This document shows, in pieces, positions 19,123 through 29,832 of a DNA stretch of 64,000 bases (its first letter is position 1; each line of letters opens with the position of its first letter). Location of the stretch: contig JBGPGO010000002.1 of NCBI GenBank assembly GCA_041483895.1, positions 226,074 to 290,073 on the forward strand, read 5' to 3'. Under the pieces are notes generated by a model that worked only from the letters and a program-made list of their open reading frames with translations, searched no databases and had not been told where the DNA came from. This stretch comes from Fimbriimonadia bacterium. GTDB lineage: Bacteria > Armatimonadota > Fimbriimonadia > Fimbriimonadales > JABRVX01. The position numbers were made by a program, and so were the translations under genes.

Positions 19123-20955
19123 ATGATGAATCGACACATTCTATCCGCACTCGCACTCATGAGTCTGCTTCTTCCGTTGACGGCGCAAACCAGGCAGCAG
19201 AAGCATATTCCGGCAGGACCCCTGGAGCGGGCTGATATGCCTCCGGCCCAGACGATCTTTCGCGTCTACTCGCCCGGAATGGTGAGCAGCCAGGGCGGGT
19301 ACACGTCCTATCAGATCAATGTAAATGCTCTGGGGTTGAACATTGTCAACGATGCCGCAAACGAGCCTTCGATGACGGTCGATCCCACCAATCGAATGAG
19401 AATGGCAGTAGGTTGGCGGCAGTTCAACAGCATTAATTCAAATTTCCGCCAAGGCGGTTATGCTTATTCAACCGACGGCGGGTTGCATTGGACTTTCCCC
19501 GGAGTTCTAGAGAATAACGTTTTTCGCAGCGACCCGTCTCTGGACACGACCGCAAGCGGCGTCTTCCATTACAACAGCCTAGAAGACACGTTTTACTCCA
19601 GCGAATTTCGCTCGCTCAACCACGGCCAATCCTGGACAAAGCTCGGCCCCGCGATGGGCGGCGACAAGCAGTGGATCACGATCGACAAGACATCAAGCAT
19701 CGGCGCAGGATTTGTCTATGAATATTGGAGTACTGCCGGCAATAACTTCAGCGGACGCCAGTTTAGCCGAAGCACGGACGGCGGAACGACATGGATGGAT
19801 CCAATCAACTTACCGCGCACGCCGGTTTGGGGAACGATCGATACGGCACCGAATGGGGATCTATATATCGTCGGAACGGATGGCGGCATGCCGTCGCTCA
19901 GATTTCTCCGATCGACGAATGCCAAGAACGGTGTTGTGACGCCGTCGTTCGATCGGTCGGTCTTCGTCGATATGAACGGCGACCTATCGTATGGCACGAT
20001 CGTGAACCCGGACGGGCTATCCGGCCAAGCGTGGATTGCCGCTGATCGAGGCACGGGTCAGTATCGCGGGAATATCTATATTCTGGCTTCCGTCGATAGC
20101 AGCCTGGGAAACAACAACCGAATTGATGTCAAGCTTCGCCGCAGCACAAATGGCGGTCAGAACTGGCAACCGGTAGTCATGGTGAACGATGACGGATCGG
20201 TCAACAACCGCTACCACTGGTTCGGCACTCTCTCCGTCGCGCCGAATGGCCGCGTCGATGTTTGCTGGTTGGATTCAAGAAACGATCCATCGAGCGCCAC
20301 CTCCCAACTCTTTTATACATATTCTACTGATGGTGGACAGACGTTTAAACCGAATATCGTCGTTTCGCAGCCGTTCAATTCAACAATAGGATGGCCGCAA
20401 CAGAATAAGATCGGCGATTACATGGCGATGGTGTCGGACGATAACGGCGCGAATATCGTCTATCCCGCAACATTCAACGGCGAACAGGACGTTTACTATG
20501 TGCGCGTTCCACAGATCAACACAGCGACAGTCAGCGGCAACGTTGATCTGCAGAACTTGGCGATCAGCCCGGCAGGCTTCTCTGCCTCGATCGAATTCCG
20601 CACGCCGAGCACTTTGACCGTTCTCTACAGCGACACGATATCGCTCGATGGGTCAGGGAACTACTCGATCCCGAACGTACCCGCCGGCACGTATGACGTG
20701 GCTGTGAAGTTCTCGAACTGGCTGCGGCAAGTCATTCCCAGCGTCGTGGTTTCTAGCCCGACGACCACCGGCGTGAACTTCTCGCTGTTGAATGGCGACG
20801 CGGATGGCAGCAACCAGGTGGACCTCAATGACCTGAACAGGGTCCTCACGAACTTCACGCTCTCGGGGGATGGGGATATAGACTGGGACGGCATCGTTGC
20901 ACTGCCGGACCTCAACATCGTTCTCGTGAACTTCGGCCTGAGCGGCGGGAACTAA
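19123..20955 (+). CDS. Secreted BNR/Asp-box (sialidase-like) beta-propeller with C-terminal Ig-like and dockerin-like module
   Basis: Asp boxes STDGGLHW, SLNHGQSW, STDGGTTW, STNGGQNW, STDGGQTF; DKQW, IGDY; paired GDADGSNQVD / GDIDWDGIV. Confidence 0.82.
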   Translation: MMNRHILSALALMSLLLPLTAQTRQQKHIPAGPLERADMPPAQTIFRVYSPGMVSSQGGYTSYQINVNALGLNIVNDAANEPSMTVDPTNRMRMAVGWRQFNSINSNFRQGGYAYSTDGGLHWTFPGVLENNVFRSDPSLDTTASGVFHYNSLEDTFYSSEFRSLNHGQSWTKLGPAMGGDKQWITIDKTSSIGAGFVYEYWSTAGNNFSGRQFSRSTDGGTTWMDPINLPRTPVWGTIDTAPNGDLYIVGTDGGMPSLRFLRSTNAKNGVVTPSFDRSVFVDMNGDLSYGTIVNPDGLSGQAWIAADRGTGQYRGNIYILASVDSSLGNNNRIDVKLRRSTNGGQNWQPVVMVNDDGSVNNRYHWFGTLSVAPNGRVDVCWLDSRNDPSSATSQLFYTYSTDGGQTFKPNIVVSQPFNSTIGWPQQNKIGDYMAMVSDDNGANIVYPATFNGEQDVYYVRVPQINTATVSGNVDLQNLAISPAGFSASIEFRTPSTLTVLYSDTISLDGSGNYSIPNVPAGTYDVAVKFSNWLRQVIPSVVVSSPTTTGVNFSLLNGDADGSNQVDLNDLNRVLTNFTLSGDGDIDWDGIVALPDLNIVLVNFGLSGGN

Positions 20956-20963
20956 GGACGCAT

Positions 20964-20993
20964 GGGCTCGGCGCTCCCACGCCGGGCCCTTTT
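20964..20993 (+). terminator. Intrinsic terminator
   Basis: GGGCTCGGCG-ctccca-CGCCGGGCCC-TTTT just after the stop. Confidence 0.6.
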
Positions 20994-21258
20994 CGTGCCG
21001 GAGTTCCAGTACCTCTTCCTCCTCGCCCGCCCAGCAATTCCGGACCTATCGGTAAGGGCTGTTTACGAAAGGCGCAATCTTCTTGCACCGGCCTGACTCA
21101 AGTCCGGCAACAAAGCTCCACCGTCGGCCTCGTCCGTGGCGTGTATCGGGTCGGGACCACGAGCCGAGTTGTCCCGGTCATGCAAGGCGGAAGGCATTGA
21201 TGGTCGCCGCAATGGGAGAGAGGACGAAGCCGTCCGGAATGAGAACCTTATACGCACT

Positions 21259-24200
21259 ATGCGCACTCTCGTCACGATTCTCGTCCTCGTCCTCGCAGCC
21301 GTCGCTTTCCCTCAGCAAGCCGGAATCAAGTGTGGCAGACAGCCCGCGCTTTCGCCGGATGGCAAGACCATCTGCTTTACCTATTTCGGCGACCTGTGGA
21401 CGGTCGATGCCGGCGGAGGGCGGGCGGAGCGTCTCACCGCCCATCCCGCGCACGATCGGAATCCACGATACTCTCCGAATGGGCGATGGATCGCCTTCGA
21501 AAGCAACCGCACAGCCGACTACAACATATGGGTAATGCCCGCCGCGGGTGGTCCCGCCCGGCAGATCACGTACCATTCTGATGACGAGAGCCTCTTTGAT
21601 TGGTTGGATGACAACACGCTGATCTTCGCCTCCGGTCGAGACACGCGCATGCCGCAGCTCTATACAATCGACGTGAACTCGCTCACGACGCACCGGCTCA
21701 CGAACGATACCGATGCCCTCCGCACCGCCGCCGCCTATCCCGACCGCACCAAGATCCTCATTGTGCGTGGCCCGCAGCGGTGGTGGAGGCCAAAGTACAA
21801 AGGCGCCGCAAACGGCGACATCTATCTCATGTCCGCAGATGGCAAAACAGCCAAGCGCCTCACAGACTACAAGGGCTTTGACGAATGGCCGATGTGCGGC
21901 AGCGACGGGAGGGCCATCTACTTCGTCTCCGGGAGAGCCGGGGCGGACACACCGGAACTCACGACGAACATTTGGCGCACGGACCCGAATGGATCCGCGC
22001 CAAGTCAGGTGACTCACTTCAAGGACGACTTCGTGACGTGGCCAAGCATCTCCCGAGACGGAAAGCGAATCGCCTTCGAGCATGAAGCGGATATCTATGT
22101 CATCGACCTGCCCAACGGAACGCCGCGAAAACTAACAATATCGGCTCCTAGCGACGACACATTCGATGGCAAGGTCGCTCAAACATATAGTTCCGAGGTG
22201 ACCGCCTATGCGATCACGCCAGACGGCGCACGAGTCGCGTTTGTCGTTGCGGGAGACATATTTTGGGTGGAGGCGAAGCGCGGAGGTGACGCGAAACGCG
22301 TGACCGACAGCCCGGCCAATGACCAAGAGCCCGCATGGTCGCCGGATGGCAAAAAGATCGCCTTCATCAGCAACCGAAAGCTGACTCCCGACGACTTCGG
22401 GAGCTACAAGGTTTATGCGGCCGATGTGGAGACCGGTGAAACGCGGCGCATGACCCAGACCACGGATAGGGAGTATTCGCCAACGTTTTCGCCCGACGGG
22501 AAATGGCTTGCGTTCCGCAGGGGCGTCGGAGGCGCCCGATTGGTCGTGATGCCCGCGGAAGGCGGCAACGAGCGCGTGGTCGTTTCGGCTCTATATCTGG
22601 ACAACGTCACTTGGTCCCCCGACAGCAAATGGCTCGCCTACTCTGCGGACGATCTGCAAGCGAGCCGGAACGTGTGGCTCGTTCCATTGGATGGCAGTTC
22701 CGTACCCCAGAATGTGACGAAATACTTCGGCTGGAACAACGCGATGCAGTTCAGCGCGGACGGAAAGTTCCTCTTCTTCGAGTCCGGGCGCAGCGGCTCC
22801 GGACAGATCTACGCGCTGCCAATGGCGCCGGAACCGGATCCGGACGATTTGCCCGTCGAAACCGAGGAGCAGACGAACAAGCCGGTTGAAAGTACTCCCT
22901 CCGTCAATCCGGATTTCACGCGGATCGAGGAGCGCGCCCGCCAGCTCACGTCAATGCCAAGCGCGGTCGGCTCTTACGCCGTTATGCCCGATGGCAAGTC
23001 CATTGTGTTCCAGTGGGCGGACGACAGATCGAGCGACCTTTACAGTGTTCCCGTGCGTGGTGGCGAGGCCAAGCGCCTGACGACCGGCAACGAGCGCCCA
23101 GGTAGCCTCATCTTCCAAAAAGACGGCAAGAAGCTGTGGTTTCTTGGCCCGAACGGCGCCATCCACAGTATCGGCAAAGAGGGAGGCGCTTCGCAAACGT
23201 TGAGTTTCTCCGCGTACCTCACCTACAGCAAGCGCGACCAATTGAACGAGTTGTTCGACGAGGCGTGGGTGACGATGGGTTCGGAATTCTATGACGAGAA
23301 GATGCACGGGCTTGACTGGCTCGCGATACGCAAGAAGTATCGGCCTCTGCTCGAGAATATCGCGATGAAGGAGGATTTCTATGACCTCTTCTACCGCATT
23401 CTAGGCGAGCTCAAGTCGAGCCACACAGGGATATATGCAGCGGATAGGAAGGTGCGCGCTACAGCGAGTCTGGGCGTTACGTTCGATGAAACATATACCG
23501 GCCCCGGCGTGCGAATCGCGGAAGTGATCCGGAGGGGTCCCGCCGAGCGCCCGGAAAGCAAACTATCGCCGGGAGAAGTGATCCTGTCCATTGATGGCCA
23601 GCCGGTCGAGCCGAACGAGCGCATGTGGGAGCCGCTCGCGGACAAGGCCGGGAAGAGGGTCACGCTGCGAGTTAGCGGGCAGGACGGCGAGCGGACCGTG
23701 AAGCTGCGGGCCATTGGCAATCTCGGCCACTTGCTTTATGACAACTGGGTTGACGACAATGCCAAGAAGGTGGCCGAGTGGTCCGGAGGAAAGGTCGGGT
23801 ATTTGCACATCGAGGGCATGGGACAGGAAGCCTTCGCGAAGATGCAGCGTTGGATGTTCGGGCCATGGGTCCAGGGAAAAGAATCACTGATCATGGACAT
23901 TCGATACAACGGCGGCGGCTGGCTGCACGACGACATCTACGCCGTACTCGCGCGAAAACAGCACGCGTGGGAAGCTGGGAGGGGTTCGCCTCGCCGAACG
24001 ATGCCGTACCAGGTATGGGGGAAACCTATCTTGATGATGATCAACCAGTTCTCCGGTTCGGATGCGGAGATCGTGCCGTCCGGTTTTCGATATCTCGGCT
24101 TCGGCAAAGTGCTTGGCATGCCGACGTATGGCGGGGTGATCGGCACATACGACATTCGGCTCGTGGACGGCTCGACCGCCTTCCGGCTGCCCGTCGCCGG

Positions 24201-24339
24201 CTGGTGGGACATGACCGGCCAGGACCTTGAGAACTACGGCGTACCGCCGGACATTACCGTGGACAATTCATTCGAGGACTCGGCGCAGGGCTACGACCGT
24301 CAGTTGCATGAGGCGGTAAAGCAGTTGATGAAGAAATAG
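21259..24339 (+). CDS. Tricorn-like S41 peptidase (PD40 propellers, PDZ, S41)
   Basis: SPDG repeats; GELKSSH; GYLHI; DIRYNGGG; SGSDAE; LENYGVPPDI. Confidence 0.92.
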   Translation: MRTLVTILVLVLAAVAFPQQAGIKCGRQPALSPDGKTICFTYFGDLWTVDAGGGRAERLTAHPAHDRNPRYSPNGRWIAFESNRTADYNIWVMPAAGGPARQITYHSDDESLFDWLDDNTLIFASGRDTRMPQLYTIDVNSLTTHRLTNDTDALRTAAAYPDRTKILIVRGPQRWWRPKYKGAANGDIYLMSADGKTAKRLTDYKGFDEWPMCGSDGRAIYFVSGRAGADTPELTTNIWRTDPNGSAPSQVTHFKDDFVTWPSISRDGKRIAFEHEADIYVIDLPNGTPRKLTISAPSDDTFDGKVAQTYSSEVTAYAITPDGARVAFVVAGDIFWVEAKRGGDAKRVTDSPANDQEPAWSPDGKKIAFISNRKLTPDDFGSYKVYAADVETGETRRMTQTTDREYSPTFSPDGKWLAFRRGVGGARLVVMPAEGGNERVVVSALYLDNVTWSPDSKWLAYSADDLQASRNVWLVPLDGSSVPQNVTKYFGWNNAMQFSADGKFLFFESGRSGSGQIYALPMAPEPDPDDLPVETEEQTNKPVESTPSVNPDFTRIEERARQLTSMPSAVGSYAVMPDGKSIVFQWADDRSSDLYSVPVRGGEAKRLTTGNERPGSLIFQKDGKKLWFLGPNGAIHSIGKEGGASQTLSFSAYLTYSKRDQLNELFDEAWVTMGSEFYDEKMHGLDWLAIRKKYRPLLENIAMKEDFYDLFYRILGELKSSHTGIYAADRKVRATASLGVTFDETYTGPGVRIAEVIRRGPAERPESKLSPGEVILSIDGQPVEPNERMWEPLADKAGKRVTLRVSGQDGERTVKLRAIGNLGHLLYDNWVDDNAKKVAEWSGGKVGYLHIEGMGQEAFAKMQRWMFGPWVQGKESLIMDIRYNGGGWLHDDIYAVLARKQHAWEAGRGSPRRTMPYQVWGKPILMMINQFSGSDAEIVPSGFRYLGFGKVLGMPTYGGVIGTYDIRLVDGSTAFRLPVAGWWDMTGQDLENYGVPPDITVDNSFEDSAQGYDRQLHEAVKQLMKK

Positions 24340-24437
24340 ATGCCTGTCGTCTTATGCCGCTTCGGAACCCGATAACACAGGCTAATCGTGTCTGGTCGTG
24401 CTATCGATAGTGGACATTTCCAATACCATGCCGTGCG

Positions 24438-24605
24438 GATCCCAAACCGGCGCGCGGCCTCCCTTTGACTAAGGCCGTCTACAAACACGGCACGCCGAAC
24501 CTCTGCATACAGTTCCAATGTGTACATCGTTTCGCCTCCCAAAGCTTTCGATTCTTAGGAAGTTTGGAAGAGCCGTCAGGCAGGTACAGTTTTCAACCGG
24601 CGGAT
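24438..24605 (-). mobile_element. istA: IS21-family remnant: left-end region plus first ~30 codons of istA
   Basis: MYTLELYAEVRRAVFVDGLSQREAARRFGI (24527-24438) with GGGAGG RBS; upstream CCGCCGGTTGAAAACTGTACC resembles IS21 terminal repeats. Confidence 0.75.
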
Positions 24606-24653
24606 CGGGAGCGTTGGGATGTGGCATGGTTGTTAGCGATCCATCCTCGACAA

Positions 24654-27287
24654 TCAGTGCCTGAGCACTCGCGTTTCGCCCAACTTCATCGGCAGGCTGA
24701 TGTGCGGACCCGAGCCGACCCGTTTGCCGGTCATGGCATCGGTGACCTGTCCCACGCGGCCGGTGTCAAGGACGACCGTGCCGCCTTGCGATGCGTGCAG
24801 CGCGATGATCGGGCCGTTCGCGTAGACGTTGCAGTCCTCTTGGGTGTAAAGGTGGACGCCGGATTTCCTGGCTATGACCCGCAGCAGCTCCGATGTCAGT
24901 CCGGGTGCGCCGACGAAGAGCGACCATCCGTTATGCACCTTTCGGAGTGCGACGGCCGCCGATCCATCCGGGTAGGTCGCCAACGTCTCCGCGCGGGTGG
25001 CGTCCGCCGCCGCGAAGAGCGGTCTCACGCTCTCTTGGACACCGAATCCGGACCGCAATCCGAGCCGCTTGCCCGCATCCGTCGGAACAGCCCAGGACTT
25101 TTCGGGCGTAACCGGCACGAGTCGGAACCCTGTCAGTTCTTGCATCGCCCCGAGTGAGGCGCGGTCTCCGTCGAAGCGTCCGGGCGCGTAGCACCAGACC
25201 CGTCCAGCCCCTTGCGTGTGGACCAGAATCGCTGCGCGCTGGGCCGCGGTCAGCCTCCATGCGTTCAGGAAGACGAACACGCGTGCTTTGACGCGGCCTC
25301 GCGAGACGTCGTCCAGCAGATACTGGCCGTAGGGAGCGCCCATCCGTCCGAGCGGTTTACGAACCTTGTAGATTCCCGGGTCCGTCACCCGCCAGCCTTC
25401 TCGCGCCACACCCAGCATCGAGCGCTCATCGATGACGGCGGCAACCTCCGGCCGGAACGGGATCGAGCGCTCGATGAACGGCCGGTCGGTGTTCTCCAGA
25501 CGCCGCATTTCCGCCCACATTTTGGGATCGTTGAACCAACCCGTCCTCCCCAAGTCCATCCACCACGTTGCGAAGTTGCGCGTCGCCTCTTCGGCCACGT
25601 TGCGCACGAGCATCGAGTAAGTCTCCCACGGGGTCTTGGCCCCGTCAAACTCGCCGGGAAAGGAGCCCGTGCCCAGGTGAGTCCGCGTATCGTCCTCACA
25701 AAGCCACATCTTTCCCGCAAGCGCGACACTTTCGGCGGCCGTCATGGTCGGCGCACTTCCTCCGATGCCTCGGTCGAAGTAAGAGATCGGTGAGCATAGC
25801 AAGTCGATGTCCGGGCAGTCCAGGATGCGACGCAGCGCGTAGTGGCCGCAGGTTGCGGGTCCTAGCTGGATCGGGCCGAACTCGAAGACGTAGCCATAGA
25901 AAAACGTGACCAGTTTTCGCCCGTGCGAGGCTAGGCGAACCGCATGGGCGAGGTCGCAAACCAGATCGGCCATCGCCTGCTGCTGGAAGTCGGCGAAGTC
26001 GATCAGATCGCGCTCGGTCACCGGGTCGTGGAGGATGCCGGAGGGCGAGGCGCGCCGCTTCTTCGGAGTGGGAACCTCGACCGAGTCGATGGAGGCGGAA
26101 GGATCGTGCCAGGACGCCTGGAGCGAGGCATCGTTGCGGTACCGTTCGCGCAGCCACGCTCGCCACGCCGCTCGATCAGCCGGAGCGTATCCGTTGAGCA
26201 GGCTCTCCCAGGTGTTCTGGTAGAACCACTCGCCGGTGTTCTGGCCGACGGGGTGGTACCCGGCGACGTGATCTCCGAACTTGGCTTCAAGATGCGCCAC
26301 GAGCGCCCCCACTCGCTCCGCCGCCTCGCGCCGATAGAGCGGAGACGCCACCACCGCCGTATGGCCCCGCGAGCCGTCTTCCCACGCCATCATGTCGTCC
26401 GGGTGCGCCTTCTTCCACCACTCGGGCGGGTCGACCCCGAAGCGCGGAAGCAGCAGAGCCTTCGGGTTTGCGCGCAACACCTCCTCGCACGCTGCGTCGA
26501 CCGGCCACCAGTCCACGTTCTCACCTGGCGCAGGCCATGGCGATGCGATAGGGATGCTCACGAAGTTGACGCCGGCCGCCGCGGCCAGTCGAATCTGCAT
26601 CTCGAATGCACCAGGCGGTCCGCCGAGGTAGGTGAATGGGGCGCCGGGGCGATAGAGCCGGACCATTACATCCCGTGCCGGATCGGCTCGCATCCAGAAT
26701 GCGACACGGTAACGCCGGCCCCGCACGAAGGTTAGGTTGGCTTGATGGTAGATGTGAAAGTCGGGCCAGTTGCCGCCAGGCGGCGCCTTGAGGCGGACGT
26801 GAAGACCGCCGGTACCGTTCGCGCCGACTTTCGGCTCGATCGAGACACTGCCAACCGTGTTTTGGGGTGTCGGCGGCCAGTATGCCCAGTCGCGCGTGAA
26901 CTCCTCCTGTCCTCCGCTGAACTTGGCCGGCGACATGACCTCGGCGCCTGAAGCCACCTCCACGATCCGGATGTTGTCTAGAAACAGGTCTCCGGGTGTG
27001 TCCCCAAACCGGAAGTGGATCGTGCCGCATCGCTGGGCGTCGTCCTGGGCCTCAAACTCGAAGGAGAACTGCGTTGCGGCGGATTCGACTTGGATAGACC
27101 CCCCGGATGTCGGTCCCCCCATAAACATGCGGGCTCGGACCGGCTTCCCGTTCACAACCAGACACGGCGCTCCCGACCGGGAATCGACCCGAACCGTCAG
27201 CCTCTTCTGCGGCTCGTTGCCCCCCAACGGGGTTAACGCCAAAGCCGCGAGAGCCACACTCAGGCCGAACTTCCCAATGTTGCGCAC
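24654..27287 (-). CDS. Secreted beta-galactosidase-like glycoside hydrolase (GH42-like, clan A) with inserted carbohydrate-binding-like domain
   Basis: Signal peptide; NTGEW acid/base motif; CSPISY; LCEDDTRT; WWMD. Confidence 0.7.
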   Translation of the reverse strand: MRNIGKFGLSVALAALALTPLGGNEPQKRLTVRVDSRSGAPCLVVNGKPVRARMFMGGPTSGGSIQVESAATQFSFEFEAQDDAQRCGTIHFRFGDTPGDLFLDNIRIVEVASGAEVMSPAKFSGGQEEFTRDWAYWPPTPQNTVGSVSIEPKVGANGTGGLHVRLKAPPGGNWPDFHIYHQANLTFVRGRRYRVAFWMRADPARDVMVRLYRPGAPFTYLGGPPGAFEMQIRLAAAAGVNFVSIPIASPWPAPGENVDWWPVDAACEEVLRANPKALLLPRFGVDPPEWWKKAHPDDMMAWEDGSRGHTAVVASPLYRREAAERVGALVAHLEAKFGDHVAGYHPVGQNTGEWFYQNTWESLLNGYAPADRAAWRAWLRERYRNDASLQASWHDPSASIDSVEVPTPKKRRASPSGILHDPVTERDLIDFADFQQQAMADLVCDLAHAVRLASHGRKLVTFFYGYVFEFGPIQLGPATCGHYALRRILDCPDIDLLCSPISYFDRGIGGSAPTMTAAESVALAGKMWLCEDDTRTHLGTGSFPGEFDGAKTPWETYSMLVRNVAEEATRNFATWWMDLGRTGWFNDPKMWAEMRRLENTDRPFIERSIPFRPEVAAVIDERSMLGVAREGWRVTDPGIYKVRKPLGRMGAPYGQYLLDDVSRGRVKARVFVFLNAWRLTAAQRAAILVHTQGAGRVWCYAPGRFDGDRASLGAMQELTGFRLVPVTPEKSWAVPTDAGKRLGLRSGFGVQESVRPLFAAADATRAETLATYPDGSAAVALRKVHNGWSLFVGAPGLTSELLRVIARKSGVHLYTQEDCNVYANGPIIALHASQGGTVVLDTGRVGQVTDAMTGKRVGSGPHISLPMKLGETRVLRH

Positions 27288-27809
27288 TTTGTTTCTCCAT
27301 TTCGTCCGCTTTTGGCCGTATCCGCCAAATCCTGATAGCGGGGGGCCGTCCTCTTGAACGCGGGGCGAGACCGTGCGCTCTGGGCCGCCATTCTGACCGT
27401 AACGCAAAGGTCGCCCAGGCCGAGATCTGCAACGATTCCTATGGTGTCGATAATGGCGATTTTCGATACCCACAAATCGCAACGAGCGAATCGCCCAAAC
27501 ACCAGATTATCGACTTCCCAGCGGAGTATAGCCTTTCTTCGAGGACCTCATCCTCGCCAATAAGATGCCGACTTCTCCTGCGAACACTGTCAAACGGACG
27601 AAAGCAATCCGCTCAAATCAGTGAACTGACGGCGTTCTTGGCAATCGGACCCAGCTGTCCGCGCATTAGTGACGAACTACGAGAGCAACCGTCTGACGCA
27701 AAGCGAGAGGCGATAAGCCTCCTACGAGATCGAGCCAAAGATTGCGACTACGACCCGATCAACCCTCCGACCGGATGTAAGCTCTTGGTCCGTCCAGGTG
27801 GCTGCATTT

Positions 27810-29492
27810 CTATCCGCCCTTCACACGTGAGCTGATCGGGCGAGGAACGAAACCCTTGACGGCGACACACTGGGAGAACTCAGAAGTCGAGCCGTTTGCC
27901 ACGTTGGTGGCTGTCGAGGTCACGGACCAGCCCTTCGGTACGATCACGGGCAAGGTCACATCAAACGCCGCGTCGCCACTCGAGTTCGTGGCGACCGTCG
28001 TGGAGCCGAGGAAGTACTGCCCTTCGCCGAATCCGGAAGCATCGCACTGGGGTGAGGCGAAGAACTCGATCGTGAAGGTGGACGAGGGGCTGCTGTTGAG
28101 CGTCCCCACGATGTGAAGCGTGTTGCCTTCGCGGGTGGCAGACTGGAGCACCGGGAAGTTCTGCAAACCGTTGCCGCCGGTGTCGGGGTCGAGCGGGTCG
28201 TTGGTTGTCACTCCGGTCAGAAAACCACTATTGATCAAGTCGATCCCCAAGCCGCCGTTGTCGTGGATCGAGTTGCCCGAGATGCGAACCCCGGAAAACG
28301 TGTTGGCCACACTGATGCCCGTGCCCAGATGCCCCGCGATCTCGTTGCCTTCTCCCGGCGCCGAGCCACCGATGACGACGTTCTGAACGGGTCCAAGGTA
28401 GTAGTTGGCTGTCGCGATGCCCGTGACGCTGCCAAGCACCGGTTCGTTGTTGGCGTTCAACCCGATCGCATTGCCCAAGATCGATATCCCGCTTCCCGTT
28501 CCGTAGATACTGATAGCCGTTCCAAGCACGCCGGGGTACGGACCGATTCTATGCCCGAGGATCCCCGCGATCCGGTTGTTGCGAATGAGCGTGTCGTGAT
28601 TCTCGCCTTCGAAGTAGATCCCTGCGGTGGTTGCGAGATGGCCTTGTTGCAGGCCGTCGGGAGTTGTTCCGATCAAGTTATTCTCGACTACCGTGCCAAT
28701 CGCATCGAAAATCTGGACCGCGAAGCCGCTGGGCCACCCCTGGCTGTTCCAGGTGCCCAGGCCGGTGATGGTGTTGCGTTCGGCCGGGGTCGGACCGCCG
28801 ATCCGGTTGTTCGTGGCCGGCTGTCCGCCGCCGACCCACCCGAGGACGCGTACGCGCTGGACCGTGTTGCCTACGACGACGTTGTTGCTCGCGCGGTCGA
28901 TTTGGATGAATCCGCCCGTGTTGCCCTCGCCGGGATTTGTGCCACCGATCAGGTTGGACGCAGAGTCGAAGACCTCGATGCCGGACTTGGTGTTGGCCCG
29001 GATCACGTTGTTCGATCCACCGCTGAGATGGATGCTGGAGTTGTCGAAGCCAAACATCGCGCCGCCCACATTGTCGATGAGGTACGTCTCAGCCCAAATC
29101 ACGACCTCGCCACCGCCCTCGGGGTTCGTCTCTCCTGTGAAAGCCGTTTGAGTCGTGGCGTCGAGGATCGCCGTGTCGAAAACACGGAAACCCAGAAACG
29201 GCTTCAGCACCGCGCGTCCGGGGAAAAGCCACTGATACTGCCATTCGCTCTGCGGGATGTTGAACCCGATGGTCTGCACTCCTGGGGTGTTGTCGGAGGC
29301 CAGCCCGGCTTCGGGCAGCGAGACCAGGCCATCCGGTCCGGGCAGATCCGCGACCCGCTGGGCGCCGCCGAAGTCGACAACATCATTGGAAGTGTTGACG
29401 ATGATCGTCTGAGCGCCGACGGCTCGGATCATCCCGGTTAGCACGAAAAGCGCAACGGCATGCCAAATGAACTGCATGTTGATGTTTTTCAT
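27810..29492 (-). CDS. Secreted right-handed parallel beta-helix protein
   Basis: IVNTSND; repeated IGG...GN.I; NSIHDNGGLGIDL, GGNGLQNFPVL, GEG..FLG, GSTSEFS; AGGAGG upstream. Confidence 0.82.
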   Translation of the reverse strand: MKNINMQFIWHAVALFVLTGMIRAVGAQTIIVNTSNDVVDFGGAQRVADLPGPDGLVSLPEAGLASDNTPGVQTIGFNIPQSEWQYQWLFPGRAVLKPFLGFRVFDTAILDATTQTAFTGETNPEGGGEVVIWAETYLIDNVGGAMFGFDNSSIHLSGGSNNVIRANTKSGIEVFDSASNLIGGTNPGEGNTGGFIQIDRASNNVVVGNTVQRVRVLGWVGGGQPATNNRIGGPTPAERNTITGLGTWNSQGWPSGFAVQIFDAIGTVVENNLIGTTPDGLQQGHLATTAGIYFEGENHDTLIRNNRIAGILGHRIGPYPGVLGTAISIYGTGSGISILGNAIGLNANNEPVLGSVTGIATANYYLGPVQNVVIGGSAPGEGNEIAGHLGTGISVANTFSGVRISGNSIHDNGGLGIDLINSGFLTGVTTNDPLDPDTGGNGLQNFPVLQSATREGNTLHIVGTLNSSPSSTFTIEFFASPQCDASGFGEGQYFLGSTTVATNSSGDAAFDVTLPVIVPKGWSVTSTATNVANGSTSEFSQCVAVKGFVPRPISSRVKGG

Positions 29493-29681
29493 CAGATTCC
29501 TTCCTCCTCGGTGTCCATGGACCCGCTGCAGAAGGTACATGCTGCACGCGCAAGCGCCGTGCATCAAGCGGCCCTTGCCTCGCCTGGCTGGCAGTGTACG
29601 TACGGAAATTGCCAACTGCTCTGCTTTGCCGCTCGGCCGGACGACGCCAGGGCGCGTATGTGCGAAATGATACACGCAACT

Positions 29682-29727
29682 TCACTTGCTGACATGTCGG
29701 TATTTCTAACGACATGTCAGCAAGTGA
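29682..29727. repeat. Perfect 18-bp inverted repeat with 10-bp spacer
   Basis: TCACTTGCTGACATGTCG-gtatttctaa-CGACATGTCAGCAAGTGA. Confidence 0.8.
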
Positions 29728-29832
29728 GCGTATTCAATTCTATCTAACTCTCATCAACCACGTGTACAGGGACCCAACAGGCGGGGGACGCAAGGTGTCC
29801 AGACAAGCTCTCCACCGTCGGCCGACCTGAGA

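Noticed and set aside
27680..27730. c-di-GMP-I riboswitch (GACGCAAAGC)
   Set aside because: The upstream GGCAAAC / GAAA-tetraloop stem is missing and it lies far from a matching start
27480..27810. Gene or remnant in the gap between the GH and beta-helix genes (65-aa ORF)
   Set aside because: No recognisable motif, RBS or structure
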